Below are positions 34,986 to 43,669 of a DNA stretch of 64,000 nucleotides, piece by piece (the first letter of the stretch is position 1; every line of letters starts with the position of its first letter). Made by a program: the position numbers and the translations under genes. This stretch comes from Planctomycetota bacterium. GTDB taxonomy: Bacteria; Planctomycetota; SZUA-567; H5-PLA8. The notes below the pieces were generated by a model, which was given only the letters and a program-made list of their open reading frames with translations, was not told where the DNA came from and did not search any database. Location of the stretch: NCBI GenBank assembly GCA_035308565.1, contig DATGGK010000207.1, positions 149-64,148 on the forward strand, read 5' to 3'.

Positions 34986-36017
34986 ATGCCCGACGGCTCG
35001 CTTCTCTTCGATGTATTCAACGGCCGCCGTGCCGAAGAGTGGATTGCGCAGCGGCTGGACCCGCTGTTGGATCTCGCCGGCGACCACGGCTTGATTGCGC
35101 TGGTTCACGATGCGCTGCAAAAACAGGGCGCTGAAATCTCGGACGAATGGAATGAGACTGCCGCCGAGCTGGCGTTGAATGCCAGCGTGCATGTGAAAGC
35201 CGCGACGGAATTGAGTGCGGCGTTCGAGGTTGCAAAAGTCGATGCCGTTTTCGCCAAAGGCTTGGCGCTGGCGCTGACCGTTTATGAAAAGCCCGCGCTG
35301 CGGCCGTTCGTCGATATCGACGTGCTGATCGAGCCGCTGTCGTTGAAACGCGCGGATGCGGTGTTGCGCGAGCAAGGAATTGCGCTGGTCGCGAAGAGTT
35401 TGAAGAATCCAATCGAATGCAGTTACATGCGCGAAAAGTTGCCGGGCTTTCCGATCCACATCGACTTGCACTGGTCGTACACGGGCGACGACGGCTTGCA
35501 GGCGCCCGCGCGCGTGCCGATCGGCGAGATTCTTTCGCGCACGAAAATCGTAAACGGCATTCGCGTGCCAAGCGACGAGGACACGCTGCTGCTCGCCGCG
35601 GGAAACATGCCGCGCAAAGCGGCGCAGCCGCTGATGCTGGTCGTCGATTTCGCGCGCATGGCGCGGATGAACTTGAAATGGGACGCGGTGCGCGAGCGCG
35701 CGACACGCTGGCACGTGCGCACGGGATTGTGGCTGGGGTTGGAACTCGCGCGCAGTTTATTGAACGCGCCGGTCAACGCGGAATTCTTGAAGAGCATTGA
35801 ACCCGCGCGCGCGCGCCGAGAATGGCTGCTGAATTCGCTGAGCGGCGAGCAGCTTTGGAGCACGGAAAAACACAAGCAGCGCCGCTATTCGTTCTGGTTC
35901 AAGCTCAAATGTCTGGATTCGACAGGCGATGAAGTGCGAGCGATTTGCGCGCTGCCCAAAGGCATCTTTCGCAAACTCGGGCTGACGCGTACCTGGTCGC
36001 AGCGGCAACTGCGATGA
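34986..36017 (+). CDS. uncharacterised nucleotidyltransferase family protein (NTP_transf_5-like)
   Basis: ATG 34986 is chosen because the track start at 34719 overlaps trpE. AKGLALALTVYEKPALRPFVDIDVLIEP...ADAVLREQG fits the PF14907-type pattern. Confidence 0.6.
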   Translation: MPDGSLLFDVFNGRRAEEWIAQRLDPLLDLAGDHGLIALVHDALQKQGAEISDEWNETAAELALNASVHVKAATELSAAFEVAKVDAVFAKGLALALTVYEKPALRPFVDIDVLIEPLSLKRADAVLREQGIALVAKSLKNPIECSYMREKLPGFPIHIDLHWSYTGDDGLQAPARVPIGEILSRTKIVNGIRVPSDEDTLLLAAGNMPRKAAQPLMLVVDFARMARMNLKWDAVRERATRWHVRTGLWLGLELARSLLNAPVNAEFLKSIEPARARREWLLNSLSGEQLWSTEKHKQRRYSFWFKLKCLDSTGDEVRAICALPKGIFRKLGLTRTWSQRQLR

Positions 36018-36066
36018 CGGGTCCTTACACTCTTGTTATCGGACGCCGCTCATTTATGATGCGTCC

Positions 36067-36636
36067 ATGTTCGCTGACCTGCACGGCAAGAAAAGCATCG
36101 ACGCGTACGACGCCTGCCGCCGCGTTTTTTTGCTGACCTCGCAGCTCAAAGCGCGCTGCAAATACGCGAACGCGAAATTCGAGAAAGTCTCGGCGTGGTC
36201 CGTGGGCCAGCACATCGAACACGTGCTGGCCGTGAACGCGCACGCGGTGCTGATTCTCTCGCGCGACGCCGAAAACGAAAAACAAATCTCGCCCGCCAGC
36301 CTTGAAACGCTGGCCATGCTGGAATCCGGCACCATCCCGCGCGGCGCCGCGACGGCGCCGGAAGCCGTTCAGCCGAAGATGAACAATTTCGTCGATCTGA
36401 CCGCCGACGTCGAGCGCAACGCCAACCTGCTCGAAAGCACCATCGTGATCCACAACCAAATTGCCTCCGACTGTTCGCTCTACGCGCACCCGGTGCTGGG
36501 CGGATTGACGAAGATGCAGTGGCTGCGCTATCTGGAGATTCATATTCTACATCACATGAAGATCATTGCGGACATTGTCGGGCACAACGCGCCGGCGGAT
36601 GGTTTACGTAAAGGCGCGAAGGTGCAAAGGAAATAA
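36067..36636 (+). CDS. DinB-superfamily (DUF1569-like) protein
   Basis: 189-aa ORF. WSVGQHIEHVLAVN and a C-terminal HILHHMKII have His spacing typical of DinB-fold four-helix bundles. Confidence 0.55.
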   Translation: MFADLHGKKSIDAYDACRRVFLLTSQLKARCKYANAKFEKVSAWSVGQHIEHVLAVNAHAVLILSRDAENEKQISPASLETLAMLESGTIPRGAATAPEAVQPKMNNFVDLTADVERNANLLESTIVIHNQIASDCSLYAHPVLGGLTKMQWLRYLEIHILHHMKIIADIVGHNAPADGLRKGAKVQRK

Positions 36637-37004
36637 AAGAGGCATTACGGTTTCATTGAACTTATTGCTCAAAAAAGAGCTGACACTTACATCGCCATGT
36701 TACACTTCACTTGCGGCTTGATTACCTCGCGCACCATCGGCCGACTGAAATAGGCGCTTTTTCTTTGTTTATAAGCTTTCAACTTGCACTTGTTTTTTTG
36801 AACGCTTCTACATTTTTAGGGACTTTGGATATTTGGAGCGGAAAACATTTAACCTCGAAACGTGAAGTAAAATGAAGCGCGTTGAATGCCGGATGAGGTG
36901 CGCCACGCGCTTCGCGCGAAAAACTGGCGGTAACATCGGGCGGAAACCGCCTCCACGATTGGAATTTGCAATTTGAAGTTGCCTTTTGAAAACGCTTTCT
37001 TACG

Positions 37005-38501
37005 GTGGACAACATGAGTCTGCCGACTGAGAACGATGCGAGCGCCGCCGCGGATGCGGCAGCGCCGAGCGGGACGTTTCGCTTGCCGTCCACGGCGCTG
37101 TTCCTGGGATTGATGCCGGTCTTTTCGGGACTCTCGCGCCGCTCCGATCTGGCTTCGATCCTCAGCGACGATCATTCGAGGGAGAAAGAAAGCGGCAACG
37201 GCACGGAGGAAGGGCGCGCGCCAAAAATCCGCACGTACATCATTTATTCGGGCCGCGAAAGCCAGGCGCGCACGAGCTTGAGCCTCTTCGACAACGACCC
37301 GTTGTGGAGCGAAGGCGAACTGAGCACGCTGATCAAGCGCCAGTTCGGTCCGAGCGGATTGAAGCATCTGCTGGGCGTGCTGATTGCGGCCGAAGAACAA
37401 TCGGCGCAGACCGGCTCGCCGTACGGCGGGTTTATCTTCGACGCCAGCCGGCACCTCGACATTCTCGGCTACAAACGCTCGAATCGCGTCAACGGAAAGG
37501 GCTACCACACCGCGCGGCATTTGAAAGAGGCCCGCGAAATCACGACGCTGCTCTGCTCGCTGACGATCGTCCAGGAAATCAGGCTCGGTTCACGGCGCGG
37601 CACGACGGTGAAGATCAGATTGCTGCACGACGAAGCGTCCGCCGAGGCGTGGGAAGAAACCATCGCCGACGGAGAACGGATCAAAGAGCGGATCGTCACC
37701 AACGAAAAAATATTCCTGCGCTTCAATCCGCATTTGTTTCTGGCGGCAGTCGAAGGCACGCAGCAAATCCGCTACATGTACACGCTGCAATTGCAGAAAC
37801 TCGCGCGCGAAAATGCGCGTACGCACAGCTTGACGCTGACGCTGGGCGTGCATCTGCCGATCAAATTCCGCATCAACGGCGGGCGGCCGCTGGAACTTTC
37901 GGCGCGCTCGTTTCTGCGCATGGCCGGCATCGTCGAGGAGGAATACACGGCTTACGAGCACCTCGACCGGCTGGAGAATTCGCTGCGCTACATGGTCGAG
38001 CAGGGTTACATCAGCGCGTTCGAGACGGAACGCTACCGCTACGCCTGCGCGGAGACCGCCACCGACGACGGCACGGGCCGGCGGCGCCAGCGCGCGCAGC
38101 ACGAATTGAAATCGAGCGAGACGCAGCATCCCGGCGAGCCGCTCGAAGAAACCTGGCGCGTGGAGCCGCCGGAGTTTTTGCGCGACATGCTGCTGGGCGC
38201 GGACAACGGGCAGGTGCAGGCGGAGCTCGACGAGATGGCGCGCACGAGTTTCGCGCGCGGCCCGCGCTCCTTCCCGCTACTGCCCGGCTTCGAACCGGGC
38301 GGCCGACCGCCGGGCGCGGGCGAATTGCTGAAACAGGTGCGGCGCGGCTTGAAAATGCAGCAGCTTGAACTCGCGCGAAAACTCGGCGTGACGCAAGCGG
38401 CGGTGTCGATGGCGGAGGCGGGGAAGCGGCCAAAAATGGCGCAACGGCTGTTGGAGATGGCGCGGCGGATTGTGCCGGAGAATGCGGTTGGGCAGGTTTG
38501 A
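37005..38501 (+). CDS. hypothetical protein with C-terminal XRE-type helix-turn-helix; central region Rep-initiator-like (tentative)
   Basis: The C-terminus LLKQVRRGLKMQQLELARKLGVTQAAVSMAEAGKR is a clear HTH_XRE motif. The central LQLQKLARENARTHSLTLTLGVHLP...FLRMAGI...LDRLENSLRYMVEQGYI resembles the winged-helix layout of plasmid/phage initiators. That resemblance is an impression only. Confidence 0.5.
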   Translation: MDNMSLPTENDASAAADAAAPSGTFRLPSTALFLGLMPVFSGLSRRSDLASILSDDHSREKESGNGTEEGRAPKIRTYIIYSGRESQARTSLSLFDNDPLWSEGELSTLIKRQFGPSGLKHLLGVLIAAEEQSAQTGSPYGGFIFDASRHLDILGYKRSNRVNGKGYHTARHLKEAREITTLLCSLTIVQEIRLGSRRGTTVKIRLLHDEASAEAWEETIADGERIKERIVTNEKIFLRFNPHLFLAAVEGTQQIRYMYTLQLQKLARENARTHSLTLTLGVHLPIKFRINGGRPLELSARSFLRMAGIVEEEYTAYEHLDRLENSLRYMVEQGYISAFETERYRYACAETATDDGTGRRRQRAQHELKSSETQHPGEPLEETWRVEPPEFLRDMLLGADNGQVQAELDEMARTSFARGPRSFPLLPGFEPGGRPPGAGELLKQVRRGLKMQQLELARKLGVTQAAVSMAEAGKRPKMAQRLLEMARRIVPENAVGQV

Positions 38502-38533
38502 ATGAGAGCAACGAATGTTGGAATCGGTTCGTC

Positions 38534-38959
38534 ATGGATTTCCCTGCGTATATCTGTCTCCTCGTTGCACTGATCGGACTGTCTTATCCAGCAGTACGCT
38601 TATCCAAGAAATCCAAGTCGATGATACTTGCCGTGGTCGTAAATGTTTTGGCATTGATCCCGGGTTGCATTTTGCTCTGGATGCGATCGTCGGGCGTCTC
38701 CGCAACGCTGCAGATGAATGTCGGCGACAACGCAGCGATGGATTTCTGGAGTGTTTGGGTCAAGTTGTGCCCGCTCCTCTTTTTGGAAATTCTTGCTTGC
38801 CTTGCTTTGAGTGCTGTCGCGGGAGTGGTTTATCTTGTCATGTGTTTCATCGGTAAGGACTGGAAAAGTGCAGGACTTCCGTTGACGTACTTAATGCTGA
38901 CGATTGGTCACTGTCTGTTTGTGCTCCACTGGCTTTCTGAAAATCTGCCAGACGCGTAA
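38534..38959 (+). CDS. small polytopic membrane protein, compositionally atypical (low GC)
   Basis: It has about four hydrophobic segments (MDFPAYICLLVALIGL..., MILAVVVNVLALIPGCILLW...). Codons are visibly AT-richer than in neighbouring genes. The track's TTG start at 38498 overlaps the upstream stop. Confidence 0.55.
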   Translation: MDFPAYICLLVALIGLSYPAVRLSKKSKSMILAVVVNVLALIPGCILLWMRSSGVSATLQMNVGDNAAMDFWSVWVKLCPLLFLEILACLALSAVAGVVYLVMCFIGKDWKSAGLPLTYLMLTIGHCLFVLHWLSENLPDA

Positions 38960-38975
38960 GTGCAATTGTTCGCCC

Positions 38976-39809
38976 TCACTTCGCATTCGCCGCCTGCTCC
39001 GGAAAATCCTTCTCGTACCGCTTCACCAGCGCGCCCATGTCCGCATCGACGATGTAAATTTTCCCGCGAATCGTCTTCGTCTCGCCGGGCTTCAAACCGC
39101 CGATGCGGAAATCGGAGTGGATGCACACGCCGACGCCTTGGAATAATTCTTGGTAGGGTTCCCACGCGGTGGCGAGGATTTTCTTGTCGTCGGATGAATA
39201 CACGCCGATCAGACCGTTGCTCGGCACGACGGAACTGAGCGGCCGCGGGTTGACATCGTCGCGATTCACATTTTTCGGGCACCACACCTGCCCTGGAATG
39301 TAGCGCGCCTTCATTGCCCACGGTTCGAACGGCATGTGCGTCGGTTTGCCATCGATGAAGATGAAACATTTTTTCACGTACGAATTCTGGTCCGCCGCGG
39401 TGAACTTCGGCACCTGAATGCAGGGCTGAGCCCAGTGCGCGTCCGATGCCTTGTCCGTCGGATTGTGCGCAATCACTTTAAAATCGATTTCATCCGCGCC
39501 CGCCGTGATCACGTGATCGACGACGATGCCGTCCTTCACGGCGCAGCGGAGTTTGATGACTTTGCCGTCGGACGATGCCTCCACGAGCGATGTTTTGTGA
39601 CCGATGGTCGTCTGCGCCCATTCGCGGTCCGTCGAGCCGGGGCGGCAATAGGCTTCGAGGTAATGCACGCGCACTTCACCGCCGGTGACGTTGGCACCGG
39701 TGATGGTCAGCCAATCTTTGTCCCACACGATTTTCAGATTGGCGCCGTCCGCGGCGAAAACTGCGGGCGTGAGAATTGAAAATAAGCAGAGCGCGAACAC
39801 TCGTGGCAT
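38976..39809 (-). CDS. exported hypothetical protein
   Basis: The ATG at 39809 gives the signal peptide MPRVFALCLFSILTPAVFAADG. The 277-aa product belongs to no family I recognise. Confidence 0.6.
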   Translation of the reverse strand: MPRVFALCLFSILTPAVFAADGANLKIVWDKDWLTITGANVTGGEVRVHYLEAYCRPGSTDREWAQTTIGHKTSLVEASSDGKVIKLRCAVKDGIVVDHVITAGADEIDFKVIAHNPTDKASDAHWAQPCIQVPKFTAADQNSYVKKCFIFIDGKPTHMPFEPWAMKARYIPGQVWCPKNVNRDDVNPRPLSSVVPSNGLIGVYSSDDKKILATAWEPYQELFQGVGVCIHSDFRIGGLKPGETKTIRGKIYIVDADMGALVKRYEKDFPEQAANAK

Positions 39810-39880
39810 GAGGGAATTCCTTGTGCGATGCGGGCGATTCACTAACATCTCTCCTGATCGTGTACGCCGGGAATCGAAGA

Positions 39881-40564
39881 ATGAATCAAGACGTTGCCAC
39901 TGAAATCGAAGGCTTCGGCAAAGTGCTCGCCATCGGCGGCCCGTTTGGGCGCGTGCTGCTACCGAAGGCGGAGAGCGAATGGGAACTTCCGCTGGACGTG
40001 CTGCCCGAACCTGCCGATTGGAAAGAAATCTTTGGACGCGCCGCGCCGCTGGTTGTGGAAATCGGCAGCGGCGGCGGGCGCACGATCATGACGCTGGCCG
40101 AGCAGCATCCGGAGTGGAATTGCCTGGGTATCGAACGCTGCGGCGAATATTACCGCATCATGCGTGAGCGCGCGGCGCGGCGGAAGTTCGCCAATTTCCG
40201 CTGCGCGCGCATCGACGCCGCGTATTTGATTCAACACTATTTCGCGGGCGCAAGCGTTCATCAGTATCACATTTATTTCCCAGACCCTTGGCCGAAGAAG
40301 AAGCACCTCAAGCGGCGCCTGTTCAATCCTGACTTTTGCGCCGGCGTGAAGCGCACGCTCGAACCGGGCGGCACTCTTTTCTTCGCAACCGATCACGCCG
40401 ATTATTACGCCGAAATTCTGCCGCTGCTGCGCGAGTACCTTCACGTCACGGAGCATCCGGAACCGTGGGAAGACGCGCCGCAGGGGCGCACGAATTTCGA
40501 GGTGAAATACATGAAAGCAGGGCGAGGGATTTACCGCCTGATTGCGACGAAAACACGCGGTTAA
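39881..40564 (+). CDS. trmB: tRNA (guanine46-N7)-methyltransferase
   Basis: VVEIGSGGGR is the SAM-binding motif and FPDPWPKKKHLKRRL is the TrmB signature. ATG 39881 is preferred over TTG 39821. Confidence 0.85.
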   Translation: MNQDVATEIEGFGKVLAIGGPFGRVLLPKAESEWELPLDVLPEPADWKEIFGRAAPLVVEIGSGGGRTIMTLAEQHPEWNCLGIERCGEYYRIMRERAARRKFANFRCARIDAAYLIQHYFAGASVHQYHIYFPDPWPKKKHLKRRLFNPDFCAGVKRTLEPGGTLFFATDHADYYAEILPLLREYLHVTEHPEPWEDAPQGRTNFEVKYMKAGRGIYRLIATKTRG

Positions 40565-41277
40565 TTTCGGTTCTTCAATCGTTCAACTTCGGCTTTCAAC
40601 CGCTCAATTTCATTCTCTGCGCGCTGAGCGCGTTCTGCTTGATGTTGCGCGCGTTCTGCTTCGCGCTCCGCGCGTTCGGCTTCGCGCCTGAAAAGTTCGT
40701 CCATGCGCGGCAAGGCTTCGCCAGTGCGAGGATCGTACACGGTGATCCGCAGTTCGTCGTTGGCGCCAAGCGCGTAATTCAACACATCGCTGAACACACG
40801 GCCGTGATCGTCCGGCGGAATTTGAACATATTGCCCGTGTTCCAATCGAAATCCCTGTATCTGCGGGGACAGGTATTCGCAGTATGGATCGAACATAAAA
40901 TACTCGCGCACGCCCAGCCGCTCGCATTTTTTCTTCTTCGCTCCCAGGTCCTCGTCTTTCGTGCTTGCTGAAGTCATCTCAAGCACAAACGACGGAACGC
41001 GGCCGCCTTCTTTCCAGGTCATATATGTGTCGCGCAATTTCTTCTGCACGCCAAGGACCACGTAAACGTCCGGTGAAAAGCACGCGGATGGGTTGCCTTT
41101 TTCGAAATAAACAAAATTATTTGCCGCCACGTACACGTCGGGCCGGGCTGCAAACAGGCGGTCGAGCACCTGGACAATCGCGAGGATTTCACGGAAATGC
41201 AGCTCAGTTTCGGCCACGGGCTTTCCATCCCCTGTCGGGTAAACGACGCGCGGTTTTCGAATAGGATCCGCAATCAT
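40561..41277 (-). CDS. Uma2-family (DUF820) endonuclease with C-terminal coiled-coil tail
   Basis: YPTGDGKPVAETELH...PDVYVV...PSFVLEMTSAST...KKKKCERLGVREYFMFDP fits the Uma2/PD-(D/E)xK pattern. The tail is AERAEREAERAQHQAERAQRAENEIERLKAEVERLK. ATG 41277 is preferred. Confidence 0.75.
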   Translation of the reverse strand: MIADPIRKPRVVYPTGDGKPVAETELHFREILAIVQVLDRLFAARPDVYVAANNFVYFEKGNPSACFSPDVYVVLGVQKKLRDTYMTWKEGGRVPSFVLEMTSASTKDEDLGAKKKKCERLGVREYFMFDPYCEYLSPQIQGFRLEHGQYVQIPPDDHGRVFSDVLNYALGANDELRITVYDPRTGEALPRMDELFRREAERAEREAERAQHQAERAQRAENEIERLKAEVERLKNRN

Positions 41278-41366
41278 GGCATGCTGCCCGGTTGTAAAAG
41301 CACGGCGCTTGAAGCGCCATGCCAACATGCTAACCCAACTTCTTTCAATGGGCAATGCCCGTGTGC

Positions 41367-42383
41367 TTACTTATTCTCCACAATCCAAATATTCCGAAAA
41401 AACACCGGATTGCCGTGCCCCTGTAATTGAATCGATCCGCCTTCGGGCGTCTCCTTTTCGCCGCCGCCGGTCGAGCCGGTGATTTCCTGATTCTCGTGGA
41501 TCAAGACGCCGTTGTGTTTGATCGTGACGACGGCGTTCTTCACTTTTTTGTCGCCGTCGAATTTCGCGGCAGTGAAATCGATATCGTAGGTCTGAAACGA
41601 GAGCGGCGGGTAGCACATGTTCAGCTTCGGCGCGGCTTTCGTGTAGATGCCGCCGGCTTCGTTGTTCTTGCCCATGCGTCCGAAAGAATCGAGCACTTGG
41701 ACTTCGTAGCGGTTCTGCTGGTACACGCCGCTGTTGCCGCGATCCTGTTCGCGCCCGTACGGCTTAAACGGCTCCATGTATTCGACGTGCAGCGTGTAAT
41801 TCTGGAATTTCTGTTTCGTGTACGAGTTGCCGTGCGCCGTCGAAATGAATTTCCGCTCGTCGATCTGCCCGCCGCCGGTCCACTTGTCAAGGCTTGTGCC
41901 ATCGAAAAGCACGATCGCGCCTGCCGGCGGCTTGGCGCCCATCGTTGGGCTGACGCGCATCACTTTTTTGCATTCAAACGCCTCGCCTTTGTCCGTCTTG
42001 CCGCTGAGCGTATCGCCGCTGAGTGTCGCGGCGTACGGTTTTTCAAACACGGTTTTGTCGCCGTCTGTTTTGCCATCGGCTACCCATTCCTTCGGCGTCA
42101 TCACGCGCAATTTCGTGTCGCCGTCCCAGCCGTCGCCGGGAAGCCCGCCCATGTAGTAAACGGCGCGGAAATTACCTCCGCCCAGCGCCATGATCTGCGC
42201 GCCGTATTTTTTCTTGCCGTCGGCCGTGGTGATTTCACCGGAGTATTCGCCTTGAATCTTGTAGTCTGGTCCCGCCTGCGCCGGGTCCAGCGCCAAATCT
42301 TTATTGACGTCCACCTTTTCTCCGGCCAGCAGCGAAAGAGAAACACACAACACCGCGAACAACGCCATCGGTACTCGTTTCAT
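41367..42383 (-). CDS. exported DUF1080 (3-keto-disaccharide hydrolase-like) domain protein
   Basis: The C-terminus LQGHGNPVFFRNIWIVE is the DUF1080 hallmark. The signal peptide is MKRVPMALFAVLCVSLSLLAG. GGAG lies 6 nt upstream of ATG 42383. Confidence 0.75.
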   Translation of the reverse strand: MKRVPMALFAVLCVSLSLLAGEKVDVNKDLALDPAQAGPDYKIQGEYSGEITTADGKKKYGAQIMALGGGNFRAVYYMGGLPGDGWDGDTKLRVMTPKEWVADGKTDGDKTVFEKPYAATLSGDTLSGKTDKGEAFECKKVMRVSPTMGAKPPAGAIVLFDGTSLDKWTGGGQIDERKFISTAHGNSYTKQKFQNYTLHVEYMEPFKPYGREQDRGNSGVYQQNRYEVQVLDSFGRMGKNNEAGGIYTKAAPKLNMCYPPLSFQTYDIDFTAAKFDGDKKVKNAVVTIKHNGVLIHENQEITGSTGGGEKETPEGGSIQLQGHGNPVFFRNIWIVENK

Positions 42384-42484
42384 GAGATGCTCCATATATT
42401 GGTTAGTGGAAAACTGTTCCGCTGCTGACTACACCGCTTCGCGCGCGTGCGGATGAAGTTGAGCGTAAACGCGGAACCGCTACA

Positions 42485-42537
42485 GTGCTGAGTCCTGAGT
42501 GCTGAGATTTCGCAACTCAGGACTCGGGATTCAGGAC
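42485..42537. repeat. inverted repeat built of gtgctga/gtcctga words in a divergent spacer
   Basis: gtgctgagtcctgagtgctgag ... ctcaggactcgggattcaggac. The arms are near reverse complements. It belongs to the same word family as 22-60. Confidence 0.75.
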
Positions 42538-42547
42538 TGGAGATCGC

Positions 42548-43096
42548 ATGATACCCTCTCTGGACATCGTCCGCACATTTCTTTCGTCGCACAATCCCGT
42601 CGATACCGCGGAATCAGGTTCACTTCGCCGCATCGGCGAACTCGTCGCCGGCGGCGGTAACCCTTTTTCGCGCGCCCATTACGTTCCAGGACACTTGACC
42701 GCAAGCGGCATCGTGCTCAACCCGCAGCGCACAAAAACGCTCCTGATCTTTCATACCAAATTACAGCGCTGGCTTCAGCCCGGCGGGCATTTTGAACCCG
42801 GCGAAAACGATCCGAGCGTCGCCGCCGCGCGTGAAGTTCACGAAGAAACTGGCATGCCCACGCGATGGCCAGGCGCAGAACCCGTACTGCTGGATGTGGA
42901 CGTGCACGTTATTCCCGCGCGCAAAGACGAACCCGCGCATGAGCACTTCGATCTGCGCATGTTTTTGATCGCCGAAGAAGGGCAGGTGAATCCGAACGAA
43001 GTGCGGGAGGCCGGCTGGTTCGAACCGCGCTTTTTTCCGGAATTGAAACTCGATCCGGGCACAATTCGCGCATTGAAAAAAGTCGGTTTGGAATGA
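42548..43096 (+). CDS. NUDIX hydrolase
   Basis: The Nudix box is GGHFEPGENDPSVAAAREVHEETG. Confidence 0.85.
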   Translation: MIPSLDIVRTFLSSHNPVDTAESGSLRRIGELVAGGGNPFSRAHYVPGHLTASGIVLNPQRTKTLLIFHTKLQRWLQPGGHFEPGENDPSVAAAREVHEETGMPTRWPGAEPVLLDVDVHVIPARKDEPAHEHFDLRMFLIAEEGQVNPNEVREAGWFEPRFFPELKLDPGTIRALKKVGLE

Positions 43097-43099
43097 GCC

Positions 43100-43450
43100 T
43101 CATCCCATTGCAATCAATTTCGCTCTCAATTGCTGCTCGATCTTTTTCCGCGCGGCAACGATCTCCTCCTCGCGCCCGCGCCAAACGTCCAGCCCTTCGC
43201 CGGAATTAATGTACGTCAGCGCCCGTTTTCGAATCGCCGAACCAATCACGCCGTGCTCCATCTGCAACGCGGCCAGCGCGTAAAAAATCACCGGTCCCCA
43301 TTCCGGATCGTTGACCAGATCTGCGTGCGCCTGCATCGCGCGGTCTCCAGCCACGTAGGCACTGGCGCCGGAAGCGATCGCGGCCTCGAACTCGCGGCGC
43401 AGCGTCCGCGCTAAGTCCGTTTCGAAGAGCCCCACGCCGTCAACCGCCAT
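43100..43450 (-). CDS. hypothetical protein (possibly DUF4259-like)
   Basis: The ATG at 43450 gives MAVDGVGLFETDLARTLRREFEAAI... The pattern is weakly reminiscent of DUF4259. The longer track ORF from 43522 is possible. Confidence 0.4.
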   Translation of the reverse strand: MAVDGVGLFETDLARTLRREFEAAIASGASAYVAGDRAMQAHADLVNDPEWGPVIFYALAALQMEHGVIGSAIRKRALTYINSGEGLDVWRGREEEIVAARKKIEQQLRAKLIAMG

Positions 43451-43669
43451 TCGCACATTCCTCACATTGTGACCGAAGTGCCCATCAATCTGTACTTTAC
43501 GAAAAAGGATGCGTGTCGGCAAGCAGTGGAACTTTGCAGCGCGTAATCTAAATTGGTTGCATAAATGCTGCGGATTTCGTAAGATGTTTAGCTCATCATT
43601 CGAGTTTTCAGGTTACGTTTTGACCGTATAAAGGTGTAACGATTTAACACCGGAACCGTCGGCTGCGTT

